A stretch of DNA of 64,000 nucleotides from Schizochytrium sp. TIO01 (Eukaryota; Protista; Bigyra: Labyrinthulomycetes): positions 1,340,747 to 1,404,746 of the forward strand of contig SMSO01000037.1 in NCBI GenBank assembly GCA_004764695.1, read 5' to 3'. Both the position numbers and the translations under genes were made by a program. Positions within the stretch are counted from its first letter, which is position 1. Each line of letters starts with the position of its first letter. The notes beneath the pieces were generated by a model. That model saw nothing but the letters and a program-made list of their open reading frames with translations. It did not search any database and was not told the origin of the DNA. Below, one piece after another: positions 12,401 to 24,383 of the stretch.

Positions 12401-15339
12401 GCGCATGCACGTTCAAGTTCCAGCTAAAACGGTACGCTAAGGGAAATGCTATAGAACAGACTACACAGTTCTTCTCATTCAACTCAAAGGATGTTATGAC
12501 CACTTGCTCATCTCGGTCTATAACTGCAGGGCAATCAAGGGGCCCCGTGCAGAAAGCCAAATGTTGTTCCGTAGAAAATTACAACATTAAAAAAATAAAA
12601 TTTATTTATTTTAAAAAAAGCTTACTCATGTTAGGCAATCATACAGACCTAAAAGGTAAAAAAAGACAGCATATTGGGGCGGACATAGGTAGGCTGTTTG
12701 GTTCAGAACTTCATGGCAAGCACCCAACGAAAGACACTGTTGAGACTCATTTCGCGTGTTTTTAAGAGAGTTACGTTGAAGTATAATGTGGAAATGAACA
12801 AAACAGGGATGGATGCGCATGTACAAACCTAATAATCGAAAGTGCGTCAAAAAGCCTCACTGACACTAACCTGAAATATATAATTTGGCACACAGTCACT
12901 GTTCTGTGACTATTCGATGTATATTTCAGCGCGGGAAAGCGAAACTTGAAAGATGAAATCTGAGGTTTGAAAGTTGCAAATTATCAAGAGCGAAGATGGG
13001 ACACTTTTAATTTGTAATAAGATAGCACCTACCTACGGACTGGCCAGCCTACTATTGGGTGGGGCGTGTTGCAACTATTTCATCAAAATAGAATCAGTAT
13101 CACTCTTCATTTTTAAAATAGAAGGAGACTAATTCTAACTTACTGATAGGATCTCTACCAAGGTGCACAAGTTCTCCTAGAAGAAACAAAACAACATTGG
13201 GTGAAACGACAAAAAGATCCATCAAGTTTTCGAAAATCGTTTCCCTTTCAGTTCATGATAGATCATTCTCTAGGAGTTTAGATCTCAACAAAATGTTTGA
13301 AGAATACTCGAAGAAATCAGAGGTTCCGGGACTTCTAAATAAAAGGCGCCTAAGAAGCTGAGATGTGGTTGGTGCGTTGCCATTTTTACAAGTTACATAC
13401 TCCTTGATATTAATTACCTACTCTCTCTAATTTTTCATTTAGCGTGATTAGAGTAGTATGCTAATCTCTGACCATTTTTGGGAGATCTCTAACGTTGGAT
13501 ATTCAACACTGAAATTTTGATTGCGTAATTCAATTTTTCACCTACATTAGAGATACTACTAGGCCTGAGTTTGTATAGATGGAACATTCGTGCCTGCTGT
13601 AGAACCAATGCTCAAATAATGTAATCATTGTTTCGTCCCCATCTCCCCAATCAAATTTAATCCGGAAGAGAGTCATTTGCGAGGTTGACTAAACAAACTT
13701 AAGTGTTGGTCATAAGAGAAGAAGCGAAAAAGAACAACGCCTTATACAGAGAGATAGCTTAGGACGCGATCAGGATGTTAATCCGAATAGCATTTGTGTT
13801 ATACGCTCATGCCTTAGCTCAAATCTCTCATGATATTCACTTACTTTATATAGTCACATCCATCTACAGAGTCTGAAAGAGGCTTTTGTCGCTCGTTCCT
13901 GAAATTATACAAAAGCTTGAGGTAAATCTTCTGTAAGCCGAACTCGACAATTGAATAGTTTCATGGGGTAAGATAAATTGTGCTTTTGTTTTTTTTTTAA
14001 ATCAAAAGAAAAGAAACAACAAACTGACGTTTTTTTGGTAGCACGATACGACCTCAGCCAGAAATGTAGGATCAGATTTCATATATATATATACTGACTA
14101 ACAAAGGTTAAATTAAAAACCAAGAGAGCAGCTGAAAGATAACGAGAACAGTAAATAGACTATAAGCTAGCAAAAGAAAGAACTCATATTGACATTTCTA
14201 CTATTGTTGTACGCTTCACAGTTCTGCGGTATGATGCCAGTATAGAACAAGATAATATTCAAATAATAAATGGCTATATCTAATAGGAAACAGGTTTGTG
14301 AGCAATATCACTCTTTCTGTGTTTATACTTTAGTCATTAATTGTTTCAAAGTGTTTTTTCTCTCAAATTTCGGAAATTCAAAAGAAGAAGATGAGAAAGT
14401 ATAACTTGAATAGCAAAGTTTCCACAAACATAACGACAAAGACCCACTTTCAACTTGTCTTTGATCTTTCCGCACAACGATTATTTGGTTATCTCTTTCC
14501 CAACGGCGATTGAGACTTTCTGAGCAGCCTGTGGCCCGCAAAATAATCTTTTCAAAGAACTTTACAGATGCAAACTTGCTGACAACTAACCTGAATAAAC
14601 CCCTTAGTCTAAGAAATCAATATTTTCTTTTCTTGTGTTTAAAATAAATTTAAAAATAAGTATCTTGAAGCAACTCTCCTTGTTTCTTAATGACACAATT
14701 GTAAGCAAGCTCATTCGATAGATTTCGAGCAACACGTCCTTAATTCTAAAGCGCAGAGGAATCGGATCTCAAATATTGGCAAACTTCATCATACATAATA
14801 GTTCTTAATAGTCGTTAGACAAATACAAATGATTCAAAAGCTACATGAGGTTTGTTATTCATTTTCCTAGCATTCCGGCACAAGCTCTTTCAGACCACAA
14901 CAGCATTATTCTATTTATTAAAATCTACGATGAATTCTTTCGTTTGTTCATTTTCAGTTGTTCATTTTTCCATTTTACGATAATAATAATTATTACATAT
15001 ACACACAGGCCATAACATATACATACGTATGGGTTTACATTATTTTGAAAGCCTCACGTTGAAGACTCTCGACCAGTTGCTCATTACAGATACGCGTGGA
15101 CTTGTTGAATGGTTGACAGGAGAAGCCTTTGACTAGTGAGCGTACCAAGAATAAGTCATTCTGTTTCTTTGTAGGTGCCTACCACCGGTTCCCACTATTA
15201 ACCTGTTTATTATAATGTAAAACATTTTTTAATATAAAGTTGAATAGCAACTTTTGTAATAACATGCTAAATACTCAAATGCTAAAAAAAGTAAAAAAAA
15301 AAGTAAAAATAAATTAAAAAAACAAGCTTTGAAGACAGA

Positions 15340-16450
15340 ATAAAGCAATGCGCCTGGTTATCCCTCCATCAGCCGCTAGCGTTTCGTATCCCTCCAAGTC
15401 CTCATCTAAGTTCTAGTTCTGCCTGAGGCCCCAGTCGCATTCTATCTGAGGTGAAGACTGGGCTCTTCCTCGACAAGGTCGCTGACACTTTGTCGCGAAC
15501 AGATCTCTGTGAAAGTTCCAAAAAGGATCGTCATAAACAGAACGAGACTTTGTCCTTATGAGACATCGAAGCCTTGGAACACGGCAAGAGACTGCGGCAA
15601 GTGACGGAGAGGCGAAGAGCTGATGGAAACATGGGCTTACGATGCTGCGCTCCACGCAATTATAACTGCGTGGCATGCATTGGGGCTGCGGGGATAACCT
15701 GGTGCGAAAGGGCCCCACGGAGGGGACTCACATAATGTATCACGGTATCACGAGGATGCGATATCATGGCATATGCCGATTGACAGAAAGCAGACAAAAA
15801 ATCCTGGTTCGACTTGAAGACCAGATTTCTTTGGGGTGCCAAGAACTTGAGCAGTCTTCTCGGAAGGACACCAATATCCAAAATCAAGCTCAAAGGCCCC
15901 TCCAGACGCTTTCGTTTATGCGCTGAGTGAGGGGCATTTCACGGTAGCACATGCATACACTCACGCTTTCGAATTGGCGTTTGCCCTTGTTCAGGTAGAA
16001 CGAGAGACATTGCTTACAAAGTAGGAGACATATTGGATGCCTGGTTGACCGCTGTTAGGTATAAGTCGGAATATCCTGGGGATTATGCGATGCTGAGCTG
16101 TTCTTCGATTCGTCCAACGTCCAAGAAGACCACAAGAAGTGCGAATGTTAGAAGTATTCCAGCATAACTTCTGTTCTCACAACTGACATCGATCAGAAGT
16201 CCTAAACTTTGCTGTGTTTCCCACAAATCATTGTCGTATAAACTCAGAATCTGTGACTTACGTAGACCTGGATGGCAACAGTCAGCAAGTTAGATCCCAA
16301 TCGGTCATCAAAACGCGGAGTCACTTGGTTAGCTATAGCTGGCAGTGATCGCTTCCTCTTATCTGAGGATGACCGTTCTCGAGGCGGCGACTCAATTTTG
16401 TTGTGTCAAGCGCCCTACTAAAAAGACCCTTAGTTCTCTGCAACGTTCGT
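15340..16450 (+). pseudogene. Decayed coding-like relic, unknown family
   Basis: GC-elevated block with protein-like runs interrupted by stops (ILSEVKTGLFLDKVADTLSRTDL...NETLSL*DIEALEHGKRLR). Confidence 0.3.
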
Positions 16451-16809
16451 TTATTGCACTGCAATTTAGGGTCCAATGCTCCCTTCTGAATTTCAAAGCT
16501 GTTGTGTTATCCCTCCTATTTTAAACTGTCAGGTACATGAATGACAATGGCCATCCTACATCGTAGCGATATGTAAAATTATACATTTGAAAGAGCATAC
16601 TGCTTAGTGGGTGGTTGTTTTTGTAGGCTTTTTTTTTTTTTTTAACAATTTTATTTTTTATGTTTATTTTTTAATTGAAAAAGTTCTTTTCCTTTCATTT
16701 TTATAAGATGCTGTGTTAGCTTCCTATAGAAAACCGGTAAGAGTACCAGGAGCGACAAGCGCTGGATAGCTTTGTCGCCACGAACGAAACAGCTTGAATA
16801 GTTGTAAGA

Positions 16810-17800
16810 ATGCTTTGGCAAGGCATTCGAACCACATTCAGGAGAGCGAGTAACTTACGATTTACGACTGTCTCGTCATTCGATGGAAGCAATGGTTACA
16901 ACACGCGACATATATTTAACGTAAAGCAAATGACGCATACATTTCTCACGCAGGCAGAATTGGAGTCACCGGAGCAAAGGCGCCGCCCAACGTTCGCTTC
17001 AACTGATTTCAGGCTCTTCTGTTGGAGAAGATCTTCATGAAAGGGCTTTAAACAATCAAGGCATGAACTGATTTGCCAGCGTGAGGGAACTCGACCAACG
17101 CTGAGTTTCTGCAAGGTTCTAGGGGACTTGGCGCTGCTGCGAGGCAGCTTCGCGCGGACAGGGATTCAGAGCTCGACGATGAAGCTAGAGACAGCTGCAT
17201 ATTTTTTTCAGGAGGCCTATGAAGTCGTTAACCAGTTTCTTGTTACGGCCAATTCTGAAGTTCTTGCTGCCCATCCAATCCCACAGGAACTTGAAGAACG
17301 TGCAGTATATACACAGAACATCCGTCTGAACGACGCTGGACAGTGGCAAGACATGTGCTACGATTGTCTGAGGAAGCGAATGGTTTTACGTATCAGGTCT
17401 GAGGCCGAAGTGAATATTGCTTCTCTAGAGCTAGTTCATGAACCACGTGAGGTGCTCGCATTTCAAAGGGAATTACACTCGCTCGCTCGAGCCAGCCAGT
17501 TCGTGAGACTTGGTTGGCGTCCGCGCCGATTTCAGGGCAGAGCTGTCTTCTTGAGTCTTGTTCTTTTGCCATCTTGGCCAAGGCCTCCGTGAAATTCAGG
17601 GGAGTGCGTCAGGGAAGAGGCGAATGGAAAGTCTTCCTTCTAAGGCATTCATTACTTTCGAAGATTGCAAGTTTACACGCCTGGAAATTATGGTTCTCGG
17701 CCGCCGCAGTGCCTTCCAGGCGCTCCTCCAGGCAAAGCGGTGGAGCGTGGCGCAATATAGACGATGAGCGAATGCGAGGTACATAAACAGCTCTTCGAGC
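16810..17800 (+). pseudogene. Fragmented coding-like region, unknown family
   Basis: Successive overlapping + ORFs 16810..17040, 17128..17592 (MKLETAAYFFQEAYEVVNQFL...), 17514..17786 and 17558..17767 suggest a frameshifted gene. Confidence 0.35.
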
Positions 17801-18011
17801 GAGCTAGTTTCCAAGCCCTTTGAAAGCACAATAACATTTGTGCAAAATGTAAGAGGAGATAGTCCTTCTCCTTGTTTAGTTTTTCTCAATTACACGAAGG
17901 GAGGGAAGTTTACCATGAGCCTAACACTGCCTACGTGTGTACTAGGTTCACGTTAAAAACGATTTACTTTCATAATTGGTCTTCGAGTTCAAAGTGTCTT
18001 TTTAAAAGAAC

Positions 18012-18038
18012 GAAAGAAAGAAAGAAAGAAAGAAAGAA
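18012..18038. repeat. (GAAA)n microsatellite
   Basis: gaaagaaagaaagaaagaaagaaagaa. Confidence 0.9.
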
Positions 18039-18816
18039 CGATCGTTGATCTTTGTTCCTTCCTTTCTTCTCGTTTCGTCTTCCTTGTTCTGCTTCGGTGG
18101 AGATGAGCATACCAGCCAGGTCCGGTGCAAGAGGCACCTACAAAGTAAAGTGTGATTTAGTGGCAATTTCGCCGAGCGCAGCTATTACAGGACAACATGA
18201 AATATGGGAAGCAATCTCGTGCGACGCGAAGGCTTTCTGACGCAGCAAAATTGAATGCTACGGACTCGGACCTCTGCAGCAGCAGAACACGAACTGGGTC
18301 GTGGCCGCGAAAAGGCCCTCTCGCCTGGCTCGGGCCGAGTTCTTGGCACGCGGGGCAGTTGTCAGCCACTAGATCAGGCGTGGAGCGGAGCAAAGTGGAC
18401 TTGGAGAGGACTCGAGCTGATTTTGAGAACAGGATCCCGACGACTTTTGCGTGCCTCTGAGAGGTATAGAAAGTCCAGGTGTTGCTCCAAACGTAAGCTC
18501 AATAGAAATTTTTACGAAGGCTGCTTCGAAGTCACTTGGTTTCTGGCAAGAAACGGGTTGTCGGGTCTGCGTCGGCATCGCGTCACGACTCTTGCAGCGA
18601 GCTAAGCTCAAGAAGAAGAAGGCTGCTGTTTCCTTTCTCTTGTTTCCATTTTGTTTTTTACTTTTACTTGCGTCGTGCTTTTTTTTTTCTTTTCTTTTTT
18701 CTTTTTAAATACGTGCCGCGAGGTTTTACATAATCGAAAATAGCACACGAGGCCTGCTCAAACGGCAAGGTATTGTTGTCGAGTCTTCTCGTGTTGTGAA
18801 GTGGAAGGGTTCCAAG

Positions 18817-21603
18817 ATGCAAGTAGATCCGCTTCATGGAGAGTTCGTACAGGAGTTTGAGAATGTATACCTACGGAATAACAAAAATTCACGGTGCAAA
18901 AATTTGCGGTGCTTTCCACACTGCAGTATAGCGCCAAACGGCGCTGTGAATCATGTCAAATCTGGGTTCTGTGGATCATTTATTAAACTATCTATTACTT
19001 CTGGTCTGGCATGCCTAAGCTCTGGCGACATGATTGAGGCGTTTGGCGTTTTGATTACGGCAGACTCAGCATATGGAACACAGAGAGGAGCTGCTGTTGA
19101 CCCCAAAACTCTTGAGAATAAAGCTAGATCTCCAGAGCAACCGCTTAATCCCCTGATTCGCGGCGAAGTATCTATTGAGGAGGATGGAAGCACCGCTATT
19201 ATTTTCAATAGAGCCCTTCAGAGCTGGCACTATCCATGGGCCAGCACCAAAACAACATGCGACATTTTCCATTGTTTCGAAGCCCGCGTGTATCTCCAAA
19301 AATCCAACCAGGACGACTTGATTTTCTTGGGCGCGATTCGATCCCCAGCTTTTCAGGTCCTCTCCCGAAGAAGACAGATCACCGCACAGCAGAAGCTTTT
19401 ACAGGAGCAGGAACAGCGAGGTCTCAAACGGAGCGCTACAAACAATAGTGAAGAATCAGTGCCATGGCAGTCAAATTCTGGGTCTACATGTGGTTCGGCT
19501 TCTGCTTCATCAAACGCAGCTGCTAAAAGACAAACCAAGGTGGTCAACTGGATGCGAATGGAGAAAGACCAAGATGATGCATTAAACACTCACACTCCTG
19601 CCGTTTCTGTATTTAGCCCTGAGTTCAAGCCTAACAATAGTGCTCCGCAAACGCCTCAGCATGCATCAAACGGGATGCACTTTAGTGGGAGAGCAGCACC
19701 ACAGGCAGACTCCAAACCAACCCCAGCTGTGATTATGCCTCCATTGGGGTCTTTGTCTCCAGAATACGAACGGAACAGATTACTTGATCGCCTGATAAAA
19801 TTTCTCATCATGTATGGTAATCGCCCTAAAACCGAAACAACTGGCTTCGACTCGTCCAATTCACCGAGCTCACCCATGTTCTCAGCGCCTTCCCCCTGTA
19901 ATGACCTTCGCCCTCCATTAGAGACGTACACTCCTACAGCCATGCCCAGCGTGATAAGGACCCCAAGTTCAGAAGAGAGTAGCTCGCAGGATGATATTCT
20001 TGGTTTACCAGATCTAGAACTTACTTCATTTTTGCAAGATCTTGACTACACACTTCTTCCGGATCTTACTGATGATTCAAGCACAGACCAAGCTCCAAGT
20101 CTGCCACATCAAGATGAGCAAAGCGAAGGATGCATTGTTCTTTACAAATTGCTTGTAAGATATGGCAATATGGATGCTGCAAGAGCACAAAATGTAATTG
20201 ACACCATCAACCTCTTTTCTGATCGCTTCATGCATCATGCACTAGGGGAAATACCAGAATATGAGGCAGTCCTTCAAAAATGGCGCTCAAACTACCAGGG
20301 CCTTCGCGCACAAATCCGAAAGGAAAAGCAGGATGTGGAATGGTCGATCGCTCACGAGTATGCAACCTTTGATTTGAAGAACCCAGCAAGGAATGTTGAG
20401 CAATCAATTTTCGGGGAGCTTCGACAAGTTATGCGAAATATCTCCCAAAAGGTGCTGGATGAGATCCAGGCAGATGTGGAGGACCTCGGTAGAGCCTTAC
20501 ACACTGCCGCAAAATACTGTCTCTGCAAATTTGAACCATTCTACCCTCCACCCACGGAAATGATCACACGATTCAAAAATCTTTTTGCTCCTCATCAGCA
20601 TGAACCTCTTTTTGAGGACATCAAACTTGGCTACTTTACATCAACGGAGAACCATATGGTATTTTGCAAAATGCTTACCCGCTTGCGTCGAGCTTCGTAC
20701 TTGCGGCTATTGGCAAATCGGATTGTTGAATCCCACCGCATACATGGCCGTCTTGCACATTGCCAGCGTAACCCGATTCATCCGGACTGGGACTGCAACG
20801 GAACCTGGGTTATTGTAGGCTCTATTACCCAGGCTTCTGTGATCCGAGAAGTTGCACTCTTAATTGGTTCTTTCCGAGGACTCTCAGTTAGCGATTTCAC
20901 TGCAGCAATGTTAGGAGTCTCGCGTGACATAATGAGCATCTCCGTCGCATCCGACTTATTCGCTTTACAAGGCCAAAAGGTACTTTTTTCCGACCCCCTA
21001 TGGGTGATTCCTTTTGGTAGCCCTGTAAAAGTACAGATGCAAGAACCTTTACCTATGGGTCCAGTGCTGGAAGATCGTATTTTGAATAGCTGGATTTCTC
21101 GTGATTCGGATGGCACAGCAGTCATTAGTGTTGTCATGGGTAGCTCGTCGACAGGCAAAGGATGCAATTTTATTGCTTTTCAGCATGAACACCCAGATGT
21201 TCTCGTTGGGAAGGCTTTTAATTTTGGAGAGCAAGCAAAACCATCAGAGCGTTCTCTTGCTGCCGCCTCTCTTCATAAAACGCTGCGCGATTTCGTTATT
21301 GAGAACGATGCCATGCAATGCGAGCCGGTGGTTCGAAGCCTGCTTCGTTTTTGTATGCGCCCAGGTGATAAATCAACTTTGACAGTCAAACGTTCTCTTT
21401 ACTTTTTTGCTCGTAAGGAGGACGCACCTGCTATGGACAATATCGATGAGCTTGCGAGAATTCCTTCGGGTTGTTTCAAAGCTCTTGAATTCCTCGCTGG
21501 CGAAGTTACTTACGTTCGTTCAAACCAAACCTCTCAGACATCGTCTTCCGCAACCACCCCACAAGTTCCGAATGTCCGTTCAAACAACATTGGATGGGTT
21601 TAG
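18817..21603 (+). CDS. Uncharacterised multidomain protein, putative transcription factor
   Basis: 928-aa ORF from the first ATG (track starts at GTG 18796). N-terminal ~185-aa domain shared with the 1237 gene, basic SRRRQ/LKR, S/P-rich linker, acidic patch (QDDILGLPDLELTSFLQDLDY), then an apparently structured C-terminal half. Confidence 0.88.
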   Translation: MQVDPLHGEFVQEFENVYLRNNKNSRCKNLRCFPHCSIAPNGAVNHVKSGFCGSFIKLSITSGLACLSSGDMIEAFGVLITADSAYGTQRGAAVDPKTLENKARSPEQPLNPLIRGEVSIEEDGSTAIIFNRALQSWHYPWASTKTTCDIFHCFEARVYLQKSNQDDLIFLGAIRSPAFQVLSRRRQITAQQKLLQEQEQRGLKRSATNNSEESVPWQSNSGSTCGSASASSNAAAKRQTKVVNWMRMEKDQDDALNTHTPAVSVFSPEFKPNNSAPQTPQHASNGMHFSGRAAPQADSKPTPAVIMPPLGSLSPEYERNRLLDRLIKFLIMYGNRPKTETTGFDSSNSPSSPMFSAPSPCNDLRPPLETYTPTAMPSVIRTPSSEESSSQDDILGLPDLELTSFLQDLDYTLLPDLTDDSSTDQAPSLPHQDEQSEGCIVLYKLLVRYGNMDAARAQNVIDTINLFSDRFMHHALGEIPEYEAVLQKWRSNYQGLRAQIRKEKQDVEWSIAHEYATFDLKNPARNVEQSIFGELRQVMRNISQKVLDEIQADVEDLGRALHTAAKYCLCKFEPFYPPPTEMITRFKNLFAPHQHEPLFEDIKLGYFTSTENHMVFCKMLTRLRRASYLRLLANRIVESHRIHGRLAHCQRNPIHPDWDCNGTWVIVGSITQASVIREVALLIGSFRGLSVSDFTAAMLGVSRDIMSISVASDLFALQGQKVLFSDPLWVIPFGSPVKVQMQEPLPMGPVLEDRILNSWISRDSDGTAVISVVMGSSSTGKGCNFIAFQHEHPDVLVGKAFNFGEQAKPSERSLAAASLHKTLRDFVIENDAMQCEPVVRSLLRFCMRPGDKSTLTVKRSLYFFARKEDAPAMDNIDELARIPSGCFKALEFLAGEVTYVRSNQTSQTSSSATTPQVPNVRSNNIGWV

Positions 21604-21736
21604 GTCTATGCATTTTTTATTTTAACAGAGCGCACATAGACAATGTCAAGTCCCTCAATTTATGTAAATTTATAGAAAGTCTGCTGTTTTTATTTTTATT
21701 CTCGCAAATAACTGTTCTAGGATTCATGGCTAGCAG

Positions 21737-22912
21737 TCAAAGTTTAGCACGATGACCCGCTGTTTGCAAGTCCTTGCTTTGAAATCGGCGATTTAACCTT
21801 ATCATATTTATTGAATATAAAACTCTGGCTCCAAAAGGAACGTATTGGTCAATAATGTTTGTAAGTGAGGCAGACATCACTGTGATTAGGCGACCAAAGT
21901 ATAAAGGACCTTCATCCTCAATATTGAGAGCTTTCATATATTCATTACCAGTCATATATTGCGTCATTTGGTACAGGTAGCGCTGAATTGGCGCTCGGGG
22001 CAAGCCTAATTCCTTCGATGCCTTTGTGGCAACTCCATCCATTATCTCGCGTGGCCCCGAACCCATAGGCAAGACTTCATGTAACATGCTTGCCATAAAA
22101 AATTCTTGCTGATCTGCAAGTGAGTCCGGTAGAAGCTCGTCTACGATACCCAACAGATATCCAGCATATTTCCACATCAACATGAACGATGCAACATCAC
22201 TGTCAGGCAAGCGAATGCCAATGTGCCTCATTGAACGCAAATTGACATAGCCAAACAAACCGAGTGTAATTGCTAAGTCATGCTGATTGATCGCCTGTTC
22301 TGTGGGGTGATTAAATTTCCCTGATGTAGTCAGATAGTAGCGCAATGCAGCATGCAAAAGTCGGGTTCGCACAAGGGTTTCGTGAGCTGGACCTCCGGGC
22401 TCTAATCCTCTTGGTAAAACCATCTTGCTAATCATAAAAGCTGTCTCATCAACGCGGCGGCTACTGTTCTCCCCTCCAAGTTGACCCATCGAGGTCACTA
22501 CTGCAGCTTTTCGAAACATAGCCCCACCAATCAATGCAGAAAATAATGAGATTGCCATGAATGGTGAGTACACAGCAATGAGTTCTTGCCCGCGTTTCGT
22601 ATGGGAGAAATTCATCCATGTCGGGATTTTCCAAGCTTCATCAAGAAAAGACTTGCAGACAGGGTACTCCTCACGCAAGCTTTGGACTTCACAAAGCAGG
22701 TCAAACATGTTTGTGAGACGACCATGCTTGCTAACGATTGCTTCTATGCAAGCATCTGCGAGAGGATCCGCAGTCGCACGAAGGCTTCGAAAACGATCTT
22801 TAGAGAATCGGTTAGTGTAACGCAATTCCTCCCAACGCGGGATGCGGTCTAAGGCCATTACTTTGGTTGCATACTCGCGATCGCTCTCTGCCGATCGCTC
22901 TTGATTTCGCAT
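21737..22912 (-). CDS. MpaB / latex-clearing protein (Lcp)-like haem oxygenase, DUF2236 family
   Basis: 391 aa; ADPLADACI, RRVDETA, LEPGGPAHETLVRTRLLHAALR, AINQHDLAITLGLF and WKYAGYLLGI are typical of this family. Confidence 0.88.
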   Translation of the reverse strand: MRNQERSAESDREYATKVMALDRIPRWEELRYTNRFSKDRFRSLRATADPLADACIEAIVSKHGRLTNMFDLLCEVQSLREEYPVCKSFLDEAWKIPTWMNFSHTKRGQELIAVYSPFMAISLFSALIGGAMFRKAAVVTSMGQLGGENSSRRVDETAFMISKMVLPRGLEPGGPAHETLVRTRLLHAALRYYLTTSGKFNHPTEQAINQHDLAITLGLFGYVNLRSMRHIGIRLPDSDVASFMLMWKYAGYLLGIVDELLPDSLADQQEFFMASMLHEVLPMGSGPREIMDGVATKASKELGLPRAPIQRYLYQMTQYMTGNEYMKALNIEDEGPLYFGRLITVMSASLTNIIDQYVPFGARVLYSINMIRLNRRFQSKDLQTAGHRAKL

Positions 22913-23979
22913 TTTCTTATTTCAAACAAATGTATATTTTGCACCTCGCAGAGAGGTTTCAGGAGTGCTTGCAATACACTCTGAATCAGTGATTTCGAGT
23001 TATGAGCTGCAAGCTTTTGAGGCTTTGCTGTGAATCCCAAGCGAGCAGGAGTACCTTGGTTTCGAAGAGCCCAAGATTCCCATCAAAGTATTCCTCATAT
23101 ATACTTCTTCAATATTAGTTTATTCACTGACGAACATTGCCACCCTTTGACGACTTCGTCGCAAGCACCCCTTATCCTCGCCTGCACAAGTTCTTCAACG
23201 CCTTAGGTTTGCTTGCTCGTGATTGCGGTTTGCGTCTAAAAACGGGTCTGCCTTTGGTTGGCCTAGTTTCGTCATATTGCGTTCACACCTTTAGTAGAGT
23301 CCGCCCCCTTGAAGCTTCTTCATTGACCCGCCAAGCCTGCCCATTAGCATCGCATGTCCGATTGCGCTTCGACAGTGCTTGCTTCTTGGTTCCCATGCCT
23401 TGCTGTTGAACCCGGTATCCTTGTCGCAATAAACACCCGAGTTTTGCAAGGTTTGTTACGAGACATGTGGGCCTGTTTCTACAGCAACGTCGTTCACATT
23501 TTAGGCAAAAACATTGACGTGGTTGATTGGGCACGTAATCTCCATCAAACTACAAAGCCATCCACAAATTGGTTTGGACCATACTGGTAGGCGCGTTCGC
23601 GTCAAGTTTGGCCGAATGCGCAATAAAGAAACCCAAGCTCCACGCACCTGCACTGCTGGACTAAACAACGAAACGATTGTAGGTACCTACTGTTTTTTCC
23701 CGTCGGGCTCTGTCTCGACCTACGTGGGATAAAGCTCTTTCAACAAGTACACAATGCCAGAGTTTTTCACTTGTCCTGCCGGTATACTCTACTTTCCAGA
23801 CTATGCAATAGTGACTTTCAATCAATAGCACATAGGTCGAACAACGTCGAAAGATACAATAGGTTATAGATGTTTATGTTCTATAGTGTAGGTGTTTTGT
23901 AAACTGAGAATGCTCAGCGGATTGTGAAACAAAAGCTTCTAAACCGCACTACGAACTTCATTTATTTATCTATCTATTT

Positions 23980-24018
23980 ATTCATTCATTCATTCATTCA
24001 TTCATTCATTCATTCATT
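23980..24018. repeat. (ATTC)n microsatellite
   Basis: About 9-10 perfect ATTC units upstream of the 24384 gene. Confidence 0.9.
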
Positions 24019-24383
24019 GCAAATAAGAGCTTTTCGGTAAAAGGAAAAAAAAGTCTACTTGCTCAACTGTTTGTTCGACTTTATGTGTGTTTGTTTTATA
24101 GTCCACGTTTTTCGTTATAATGGTTTTTTCAAGTTGGTTGTTGGTTCATTCCTTAGTCAAATCGTTCGTCAATCATCTCTGCTCGACGACGGATAAACTC
24201 CCATCCTCTGCCCCGCGCAGAGTAGAAAGAGCGCCCTCGGGCCACCCCGGGAGTCTCTGCGAACCCGCAGCGTCGTCTTTTGCATATATTTCTGCTGCTC
24301 CTGTCGCTCTCTCGTTCTCCGCAGCCCGAATCTCAAAGGTTGAGGTCGCGGGCATCGCCATCAACGAGGTTATTTAGGCCGCT

